Assembly (NCBI GenBank): GCA_001949185.1
Contig: BDGG01000001.1
Span: forward strand, 1,796,478-1,860,477
Length of the DNA stretch: 64,000 nucleotides
Reading direction: 5' to 3'
From: Ramazzottius varieornatus
Taxonomy: Eukaryota > Animalia > Tardigrada
Below are positions 53,071 to 63,285 of the stretch, piece after piece (positions within the stretch are counted from its first letter, which is position 1; each line of letters opens with the position of its first letter). The notes beneath the pieces were generated by a model. The model was not told where the DNA came from, ran no database searches, and was given only the letters and a program-made list of their open reading frames with translations. The position numbers were made by a program, and so were the translations under genes.

Positions 53071-53412
53071 CACGGGTTTTCGCACGGACATTTTCTCGGT
53101 GCACGGGCTTTCCTGGCGAATACATCTGAAAGCCAGTAGAAGGAAACCGACCCCCAAGAAACCGCCATGTTTCCGCAAAAGCAGTGGTCAGAGTTACACG
53201 TCTAGTCGCTGGCCGGAAATCCTTGCGTCGCGTCGCTCTAGCAAATCCAAGAGCCGATCGACCCTCAGGAAGGCTCGCAACTTCGTTGCCACCCGTGTAC
53301 GGAGACAAGCTAAGAACCGTGAGAGGGAAGCCCGTGCACCGAGGAAATGTCCTTGCGAAAACCCGTGTGCTGAGACAAAGGCCGTGCAAGACCCCGTGCA
53401 CCGAGTCACTAC
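53071..53412. mobile_element. MITE remnant with 43-bp inverted repeat and multiple CCGTGCAC motifs
   Basis: Arms 53071-53113 and 53325-53367 (3 mismatches). The right end reads TAGTGACTCGGTGCACGGG on the minus strand; no matching left terminus found. Confidence 0.65.
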
Positions 53413-53698
53413 GTTAAAGTTTCTGGTAGGTCGACGCTGTGCAATAAACGAGAGTTACTGTGAAAAATGGACTGCGAACTCATGACAGGGCGGAGAACAA
53501 GTGAAATTCAACAAGAGTAATTAATTCGGGGAAATTCCAAGGTCTCCCAGACCACTGTGTGAAGTTTCAGGTAATCAAGTCGCTCTCGCAAAGGAGCGAG
53601 TTTGGGTATGAGGAAATTTATACGACAAGTAAAAATAATGAAACCTTTTCGAGAACGTCGAAGCGGTCGCGCAAGTGAAATGGTGGAATTTAAGAGCA

Positions 53699-54987
53699 CT
53701 AGCTTGGAAGAATGTTGACTTTCTCTTGTAAGGCCAATTGCGCCTTTGCCAGTTCCGACAAGTACATCACCATCAACACATCCTGAAAAAGGACAAAAAC
53801 GTTCTGAATACATGTTCAACAGGTGCAAACTAACATTCTGAGAAGATTGCAGAATTACCTTTCTGCTCGCGTTCACCATCTTCTCGAACGCCTCTTCGTC
53901 AATCTTAGGAATGACACCGATGACATCCATCAAAGCTCGACCAATTTCAGGGTCAGCGGGAATCTCGTCCTTCTAAAGCAGAAGACGCGTCAGAAATGTT
54001 CTGATGATCAGATTACAGCAGATCAAATTAACAGAAAATTTTAGCCTCACCAAAACTTTGTTGATGTACCCCAGCGCAGTATCCAGCATTTCGTCCAGCA
54101 ATGTCGCCGTCTGCAAAACCTGATCGGCATCTGTAGGAATGCTGACGACCCGGTGAGGATCCTTTCGTGCGGTAGAAATCAGGTCCACTGTAAGAAACGA
54201 ATGTAATGATAATTTCATCCGAATGTATTTTCGATGTTGATGCGAAGGTTTTTCTTACGTCCGACTCGTTCCGCGTCCCAGCAAGCAATCTCCACCGGGA
54301 TCTGAGCGAACAACGCCCCTTGATCGAAGCGTGCAGCAGCGTCTTTGGGATCCTTGGGTTCTTGCGGAACACCCGACGCGGACCAGACGTAAGCCTTGAT
54401 GGGCATGCGGTCCGTCTCAGCAGTACAGTCCACCGTCAGATGGATGATGTTGGGGTTGTACCGCACGTAAAAGTCGTGAATGTAGAAGGACGTCTCCGGG
54501 ATGTTCGGACGAGTCGAAAACCAGCCGACTACGGTCTCTTGCGGAGAAGCACGTTTGGACAACTCGATCATGCTTTGCGCCACTTCGGTATCCAATCGCA
54601 GTGGCATTTGATTCTGCAAGAACATACGCACACCGTCAAACAATATAAGACACACATTACCTCGTTCGTTATGTCATAAGTGATATGACATATGACGTCA
54701 TGGGCAACAGTAAATAAAAATTCTGTTTGATTGTAATCCCGATGATTTCATGGTAGACTTACCTGTCCTCCACCTTCCTCATGCGGTACAGCAGAACAAT
54801 TTGTAATTTCGACAACATCTCCATCGAACTTGCCCATGAGAGTTCCGACTACACGGAAAGCTTTCTCCTTGCGACGTTCATAAGCATCACAGATACCAGC
54901 GATGGCCACCGGATGCAGACGCACTAACATGGGGCTCACTGCGTGCGCGGAAGCTTGTGGAGCCGAATTAATCTTGGTGGTAGCCAT
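53699..54987 (-). CDS. EIF3F: Translation initiation factor eIF3 subunit F (MPN domain)
   Basis: VRLHPVAIAGICDAYERR...RVVGTLMG; VEITNCSAVPHEE; ETVVGWF; IHLTVD; final exon DVLMVMYLSELAKAQLALQEK. Confidence 0.93.
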
Positions 54988-55658
54988 GTTGACGAAACGA
55001 GATGTAGACAGGCGCTTGAGGAATCAAGAGAGGTTATTTGAGGTGGGAGATCTTTTTGAAGCATATGCGTGCAGCGTTCGGCAAGTGATGAAGATGGTGA
55101 TGCTCTTTCTGATTCCGTTGATGCTCCTGACGTTCCGGACACAGGATTGTCCAGTGGCCAGCACAGACTCTAGAAGGTATCCAGCGGACGAACGTCCAGT
55201 GACAAGATATGAGACTTATGAACTACAATCGCAGGAAGCTGAAGAACGATGAATGGAGATTGGAGATGGTGTAGTTTTCTAACGAACCGGCTGAGTCGGG
55301 CTGACACGTGGGCGATACCTTGATTGGGTGAGTGGTTGATTGCAACGTTTAGAGTCCAAACTTTCGTTTTGCACTTCCAGAGTTCCAGTGCCAGCCTTTG
55401 GGTGGAGGGACTGAAAGTGGAATCGATATCGAATGGAAATGGCGGCACCGCGCACTTCCGGTTCGATGGTTCGAATGCAAAGTGTGATCATAAGACCAGC
55501 ACACTTCGAGCGTCATCCTCAGCTACAACTTTGAATCCGAAACGGTTATAAAACAGTTCTCTTCGTGTTTATGTATCTTTATTATCTGCATGTTATTACA
55601 ACCTGGACAGAACATCGCTTTTTTACGCACCAGACGTCGGTTACCAGATCATTTCGAG

Positions 55659-57134
55659 ATGTACAAGAGCAGAACGCTGGCAGCGCCGACCTCAGAAGTC
55701 GTGAAACGCCCGGACTCTTGCAGTACACATGCATCATCGGTCAATCATGTGGTGGTAAAAAAATTTAACTCTGTGTTTGATACTGTATAGTGAAATTCCA
55801 TCAGTACGTGTAGACCTTGTGGTGTTACTGTACAGGTTCCGAATAAGCCGTCTCCGCCAGCAACGGCCTCCATCCTGTCTTCGCTGAGCATGTCTCTTCG
55901 CTCTTTCAAGATTCCTCTTAAACGGAAAGACACTACAGAAGCAAAACTAGATGAAACACCAACGATCCCTGCATCACCAGCTAAGAAAAACCAACCGGAA
56001 GTGCTGGAGATTTCGACAAAGCCGCTACCCTTTGTACCGAAGCCATCTCGGAGCGATTCTTACCGTAGAGAGTATTCCTTTTTTGACCGCCGGGCGAGAC
56101 AAAGCTTCAATTTAATCGTCGCAGCCTGTCGAAGTCCAGTCTGCCAGCCTAACCGATATCCAGGTTCCGGAAGTCGTACCGACCACGCCCAACATGGACG
56201 ATCCCCGAGTCAGAGCAAAAATTGCTCGGGCAGTCGTTAATGCCGAACATGGTAACAGCAGTGGGAACCTCGAAACCTTTCGGAAGGGCTAAAAAAATAC
56301 TTACGTGAATTATGTTTACAGATAAACTTACTCAAAATGAACTTGCTGCTGTGAAATCTTCAATCAAACGACCCTCAGATTTTTTCGACCATGGTCAGCA
56401 GGACATCGTGCGATCCCAGCCTGACACGTCCCACAATCTGCTAGAAGTATGGGGCAGTGCGAACAGCCGAAATTACGGTACAGGCGCCTGGCCTGATCAA
56501 TTGCCGGGACAAAAGTTTCGACCACCGGCCGAAAGCGACAACGCTTGGATTGATTGTCAGTTATGCCGCTGTCGACCAGTGGCCAAAAAATTTGTCCCGG
56601 CCCAATAATTAGGTCAGGCGAGTGTACTCGTACACGACACCATCATACGTGATCGCTGGTCTTTTACAGGGTTTGGGCGGTGTGAACTTTCCCACCCTTG
56701 AAGTGTCTTTGGACTTGCCTTCCAGTACTGCTCAGGACCTGAGTAACACCGCGGAAAGTTGGCCATGTGAAAATCTCTATCCTCCGGACTTTATAACAGA
56801 GCCATCATTTGTCGAGCAGACAACAGTGCAGGAAGTCGAAATGGAACTTGATACAGTTGTCAACGCGGAAGAACCGCAACAAGCTGTCGTTCACTGCTTA
56901 CCACTCCCTTCCTTACCCGAACCTCCGACAATCGATCTTCCATTTCTGTTAGGTTCAGACTTGGGTACACTGCCTATGGCTCAGAAGCTAAAATGGATAG
57001 ACCACGCCGTGAAACGGTCAAATTATTTTTGCGACTTATACAAATACCGGAAGAATTTCCAAAAGATAATATCTTCGTGGAGCTCATGTATTCGACGAGA
57101 TTGCTTTCCAGTGGCGCACGCTTTCAGCCAGTAA
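55659..57134 (+). CDS. Uncharacterised P/S/T-rich multi-exon ORF set (possibly decayed)
   Basis: Chain of + strand ORFs with plausible splice sites; no recognisable domain. Confidence 0.3.
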
Positions 57135-57281
57135 CGTTGAAAATGTACGCCACTTCGGAAAATAATCGTGTCGGGTTTGTTTACCGGGCTCCCATTTATT
57201 AATCTGTTTGAAAATTCGCAGTGCTGTCGTTTGTGATTTAATTGCTGTCAACTAGAAGCAAGACTCGCCAGATGAAAACTT

Positions 57282-58482
57282 TCAGTAATCATCTTTGACG
57301 TCGTGGGTCTCTTCGGCTCTAACATCAGGTCGCGAATGCTGCCGTCCGCCATCTTTCTTGATCCCGCCACGGCGATGAGTTCGTCTTTCAGCTTTTATTG
57401 TTCGGAGGGTTGTGGTCTCTGTGTGATGGTACATCTTGATTACCGTCATGTTCGAATTATTATCCGGATGAGTAATGATCTGAGTGTAGTTCGGGCTGTT
57501 GAACTTCAGCCCTTGTTCTAGAATGCCGAAAACTCCACAAGCGACTGGCATTCGCGAAGAGATTCCTGTGTCGTAGATCATCAATTTTCGACCAATAATA
57601 GACATCGGACCGTTCAGCTTGAAGAAATCATCCGCGTAGTAGATAGCGGCAACACCGTCATCTGTAGCAAATCCAGAATTACAGTCAGAAACACAAAAGA
57701 ATTGTGACGTCGGAAAATGACTTGCACAGGGTCGTCCTTCCAAGTGGCGCAACATCTACAGCTCAAACAGTGAGAACGTGCGCCACTTCAGATGACGATC
57801 ATCTTCAGTCCCACTTGTGAACGACTCCATCTTACTTCCGGCTACAATAGGTACCAAGCTCCATGATTGCTGCTGGTAGTTCTGCGACGAATAGTCATCA
57901 CTAGACATACATCCTTCTAACAAACTTCCATACTGCAATAACACATCGAAAGAGTTGCGGTCTGACACAGAATCTGGTTGGTTTGAAACTTACCGTGTCA
58001 ACGAATAGCGCATGTCGCCCTATACAAAGGAAATGGAGGACTAGAGCAGGAACGTGCGACAAAGCATGTCTTTGTTCTGTCCGAAGTACCTGGAGTCAAG
58101 CCGCGGACGGAGCCTGATAAGACAGGAACGCCCGGCAGAGCGCTGGAAGATTGGGTGTCGATTTGGAGTACTCCAGATATCAGACCACTCTGCGGGCTCC
58201 TGCCCTGGATATTCACGACAGCTTTCGTCACGATCCTTTGCCTTTGGCCTGTGAAGAGGAAGGTTCGTCTCAGACTCTCCGTCCGGGCATAAATATCATG
58301 AAATCATGAGAGTACAAAAGGATGTTTTAGAAGACGGTGAAAACTTACATACAGTAATCCTCATAGGCGTAAGCCTGTGCGGTTGGGGGGTTCCCGTAAC
58401 AGGCACAAATGGAGCTCAGCAGGAGAATTCCCGCAAGTGCATGTCCGCGCTGAAATCCTAGTCTCAGTAGTCTGCCCATCAT
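57282..58482 (-). CDS. Secreted Cu/Zn-SOD-fold protein lacking all canonical metal ligands, 5 exons
   Basis: Spliced: signal peptide, EDYC, TKAVVNI..., VRGLTPGRHALFVDTYGSLLEGCMS, ...FKLNGPMSIIGRKLMIYD...MPVACGVFG, then a basic tail. Confidence 0.8.
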
Positions 58483-59011
58483 TTCGAGATATTATTCCTT
58501 TTAGTCACACCTGCCCTCAACGGTACACAAGGATGCAGATCAGCATGAGTTTGGTGGGTCGGGCATTCAAGACCGCACAGTCCAATCTTCCCTGCAGCTT
58601 GTGTAGAATACTGCCGGGATTTCCTAGCGAAGCAAGATGTACCGGTATGAGCAACCCCTGCCAGTTCGTACTCTCGCAAATTATCAAACAGTACCAGACG
58701 TTCAATCGAAAAGCACACGTTGTTGATCAAAGGAAATAACCAGAATGAGCTCAGTCACGACGAGCCTCGAGCCTGAGGAAGGATAGATGAAATAACTTCA
58801 TGTTGAAATGCCCTCGAGTCACAGTAAACCATCTCAAGTTGCGCATAGCTTCCTCACATGTCTCAAAAAAAAATTGTAATGTGGTCCCAATCAGAATGCG
58901 TAAGGATGGACTTGAAGAACCATTAAGATGTGGTGATAAACTGATTCAAAAGCTTCGGCAATGGCAAGAAGAATTATTTAACAAAATGGAATTCTAAGTT
59001 CGAAACTTTCT

Positions 59012-60126
59012 TTAGCCTTGGGCGTTCATGTTGGTTTGCTGGACGCCATTGTTGTAGACTTGCTCAACGCCAACGCCGATAATTCCACATGCCAGGCGAG
59101 AGGTGTAACCGGAGTTTCGGCCCGCAGATCTTCGTCGCAGGTCATCAGCTTGGGCATCGATCACGAAGGCTCTTCCAACCACGCCGTAGTCTCCGTTTAT
59201 CGAAAATGCATTCGATTGCAATGTGAAGGTGGCCGTTCCGTTCACTAAACAACGCTCAAGCAGATCACTTTCTGCATGACTTCAGGAAGGCTGAGTTTTC
59301 ACTTTTGGAGCCTACATTGCCGCGGGTGACGTTTGGTTTATACTGTAAGGCCCAATAATCTAACTTACCGTCGGAAACGATGTTACCTGTAGGAAGCCAA
59401 ACAATTTCAATAGAGGTACCGATGTGAGAAGGTATCTCTATTGCTCCATACCGAGATCGCCGGCGTATCTCACACGGTCGCTGAGGTCTCCGTGAGAGTA
59501 ACCATCTGGGTTGAATTGTTCTCCTGCTGAGTTACATCCATGTCCCAGGTTGCCATATTCCTAATGAAATTAACCATTTCCAGAAATATTCTGGAAAGAA
59601 TGCCGAAACTGCTACACACTCACATGGATATGTATTCCGTACTGACCATCTGTGGGGAAAAAAAGCAGCAGGATTTTGAAGGGGGTTTCCCACTGACAGC
59701 ATGATAGGTGGAATAACTTACTGGAACCGAGGCCGTAAACGGTGCCATTAACCGTGACTGGTCCCTGTCCATCAGTTTGATAAAGGTTGATGGTTCCTGT
59801 AACGTTTCCGGCGGCCGGTACCAACACGACAACGGCTTGAGTGTTGATGTAGACGGTATTTCTGAAAAAGAATTTTCCGACAAACGGTCGACGGTGAATG
59901 GCGTATCAAACACTTCACAAGCTTACAAACTGCATTCGTTATTATCATTCCCGTTGTTCCTGTCGTTTCTGTCGTCGCCACGGCCGACAGGAACGCCAAA
60001 CCGGTTCATGTTGGCGTTGCCATCTTCTCTTCTGTTCCCAGCCGCATTTCGCCCTTCCGAGTCCCTCATCGCAGCATCCACCGAAACAACTCCGAAGCAA
60101 AGAGCAAAGGCCAGTAAGAGCTTCAT
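59012..60126 (-). CDS. Secreted Cu/Zn-SOD-like protein with three ligand substitutions, 6 exons
   Basis: Spliced: MKLLLAFALC..., YGIHIHEYGNLGHGCNSAGEQFNPDGYSHGDLSDRVRYAGDLGNI, ...GRAFVIDAQADDL...SRLACGIIG. Confidence 0.9.
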
Positions 60127-60694
60127 CTTACTAGTATCCAGACTTACAGAATACAGGGGGAAAGAGCCCAATAGAACGACTAAGCGAATGAAATTCAACG
60201 ACCGGCTGTATGTAACACACGTCTTTGGTGGTCTACATGTGCCTTGGGATAGCTGCATCTGCTGTATATCTTGAGGAAGCTAGTTTCAGAACTTCTCCTT
60301 GGGGCCAAATTCATGACTGTGTGGCTGTAGGACATTAAAACATCGAGTCTATACTCATGGTAGGCACAGAGAACCAACAAAATCGGTGATTCGAGCCACG
60401 GAGACCGGAAAGTTTGTAAGGTGAGCCTTCTATTCTTCCTGAAAGTCTCACTGGGCCATAAGTCACTGGGATGAAATTCTGCCAGCTGGGAGACAAAGCA
60501 GGAATGTAAACGACGTCTGGCATATTAATAAAGTAGATATAGGGATTCGTTTTTGTCTGTCGCGCAGAGGGTCGCTGGGATTACAGCCAAATGGAACTGC
60601 ATCGATGCCAAAATGCAAACTTGAGAATTCAAAAACATGCGACGTAAGATAGTACACGTTGATCTTCGAACCAAACTAGAAACCGAAATGTCGT

Positions 60695-61853
60695 TTAATT
60701 TCTACGGTGGTTCTTTTGTTGCCGTTGGTCACCGTTGTCATCCATTCGCTCGGAATTGATTCCGATTACTCCACATGCCAACCGCGAACCCGAGTTACCG
60801 GTGGTCGTGCTGTCGGAGGCACCTCCTCGCCCACCGTCATCCCGTTGAGAGTGCACAACGATGGCGCGGCCTGTGACGTCGTAGTCTCCATTCAGGGTAA
60901 AGGCGTTGGATTCCAGGTTGAAGTTCGCGACTCCAGAAGCTATAAAAGCCAAACGCAAGGTAAACCGAAACGTAGTAAGCGAGAATCAAACAGGGAAAAT
61001 CAGGGGATGGCTAATACAGCGTACCGTCTGATACGATGTTACCGAGATCACCGGCGTGTCTGATTGGGTCGCTAATATCACCGTGTGGGTATCCATCGGG
61101 GTTGAAGTGGTCTCCGGAAGAATTACAGCCATCGGCAATGTTTCCGTACTCCTGAGAAAACATAACGAACTTAAACAGGGTAACTCCGGGAAACGGTTAC
61201 TCTTTTGGTGCTTACATGGATGTGGAATCCGTAGGCAGAGTCTAGAAAAAAAGTGTGACGGATGAATGTCCCGGTAAAACAACGAAGCAATAGGTTGAGA
61301 ACAAACCAACTTACTGGCACCGAGTCCGTAGACGGTACCCCTGACAGTGACCGGTCCGGTCCCTTGTGGCTGGTCAAAGACGATCGATCCCGTCACGTTA
61401 TTACCGGCTGGGATTAACACGGCAACAGCCTGGGTTGTGGTGTAGATGGTGTCCCTACAACCGCAAGTTCATAAATAACTTGAGTTGTATGTTCTTTTTG
61501 AGGTAGACTTACACGCTACAGTCGCGGTTGTAGTTGTTAGAGCCTCGGTTTCCGGCATTAGGGCTCTGTGCGTTACGGTTACCGCCACTGTTGGCAGAAG
61601 TGTAGATAACAGTCTGACCGCTGTTCGATCCCGACGATCCGGAGCTGGCGCTTCCGCTGGTGTAGACGACATTTCGTCCGTCGAGGTTGCTACCGGTGTA
61701 GGCGATGGGTACTCCAGCGGCTACTTGTGGGTTGACATCACCCTGGTAGATGTAATTGGAGTTGTCGTTTGTGGGAATACCGTTGGCGTTTGTCACAACG
61801 ATGGCGGCCTTGGCGGATGCCAGGCACAGGGCGAGAACCAGAAAGCTCTTCAT
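60695..61853 (-). CDS. Secreted Cu/Zn superoxide dismutase, all ligands intact, long N/G/S-rich N-terminal extension, 5 exons
   Basis: [45 protein letters not shown]...[12 protein letters not shown]...[13 protein letters not shown]. Confidence 0.93.
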
Positions 61854-62430
61854 CCTGTGGCCTTTCTGAACTCTGTGGAAGAAAAAAATAAACAAAAAGT
61901 CAGAAAAAAAATTCAGGAAGAAAAAGAATCAAAGAAGCATCTACTATATTTTCCAATGGCTGTTGAAGTGTGACTCGACAAGACTCCGCGCTGAAAGCAG
62001 CTGCAAGCACCCTCAAGCAAAAACTGTTGATCAACTTGCCTTCCGGTCCTAGCTTTGGGCTTTCCCTTCTCTTATCAAACTGCACAGATGTTATACCGTA
62101 TGTTCTTCTTCGTCATGACTACTTTTCATCAGACTGGTACGCTTCGGGCGAAAGTTTCAGAAAGAACAGGTCTGAATATTTTGGAATTTTACGGGCCATA
62201 AGTCACCGAGAGAAACAAGGAAGTGCAGAAAGTAAAGAACCACTAAAACATAACGAAAGTGGACAGATTTTTTTCATAATTCACAATTAGCTGGTGTGCT
62301 CATCGGGAAAGCAAACAAGTGGGAAAACTTGAAGAATGTATCAGGTAATTTTCTCAATTGCTCAAAAAGAAATTATTCCATGGCTTGCCGGAAATTGTTG
62401 CGCTTGTGCACCTCTGTTTTTCGGCTTTCT

Positions 62431-63285
62431 TTAGTCCTTCTGCATGCCGATGACGCCGCAAGCCAATCGACCGCCTGCATTGCCAGTCTTTTTGCTTTCC
62501 TCGTCGTTCCCTTTGCCCAGATCGTCACGCTTCTCGTGCACAACCCTGAACAAAATCGGCGGTGTGATAAGAGAAATAATAATGGATCAATATTATTATT
62601 ATTGTATAAGTTCAAACAATCACAGCAACATACATGGCGCGTCCCACAATGCTGTGCTCGCCTTCCAAAGAAATCATTTTGTCCTCAATGCTGACTTTGA
62701 CGGTTCCGCTGCCTGTAGACGATAAAGTAAATTATCATATCAGCAAGAAAATCGGCTTGAAGATACTAAACGGCGAAATTTTCTCAAGTGGCGCACATCT
62801 TCGGCGAATTATAATGCAATCGCGCGCCACTTGAAGTAGACTTACTGTCGGCTATAACGTTGCCCAAGTCTCCAACATGACGCTCTGTGTCTTGAGGCGC
62901 CCCATGAGTCTTTTTATGGGGGTTCAGATGTGCTCCGGCACTGGTACAGCCGTTTGTCAAGTCTCCAAACTCACTGTAAAAAGGAAAAGAAAAATCAAAC
63001 TGATAAGAGAGAAGGCAAGGTGACTAAATCAGATAAGGTCCATCACAAGGGCGACGGCGGTGAAAACAGCTTACTGGACGTGAAATCCGTGCTCTCCTGC
63101 GAAACAACAATTTAGTTCGGCTATCGTACCCTCATTGATTCTCATGAACCACTCATGCCCGTACCTGGAGCCAGGCCCTTGATTTCTCCGGTAACCTTGA
63201 CAGGTGCTCCAGCAGCAGATTGCTCGAAGTGGATGACTCCTTTCACGGGAGAGTCTCCGACGAGGATTGCGACGGCTTTGACCAT
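62431..63285 (-). CDS. SOD1: Cytosolic Cu/Zn superoxide dismutase, 5 coding exons (missed by the ORF track)
   Basis: [22 protein letters not shown]...[51 protein letters not shown]...[16 protein letters not shown]...[17 protein letters not shown]. Confidence 0.96.

Noticed and set aside
52943-53485. Basic protamine/histone-like ORFs on both strands
   Set aside because: The same peptide (ARAPRKCPCENPC) appears on both strands because of the inverted repeat; these are artefacts of the MITE remnant.
62373-62725. Listed ORFs near 62.4-62.7 kb as separate small genes
   Set aside because: They are off-frame or antisense reads of the last two exons of the cytosolic SOD.
5930-62835. AAGTGGCGCAC repeats as a CRISPR array or bacterial REP elements
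   Set aside because: They are dispersed, diverged and intronic in a spliced eukaryotic context; there is no regular repeat-spacer period and no cas genes.
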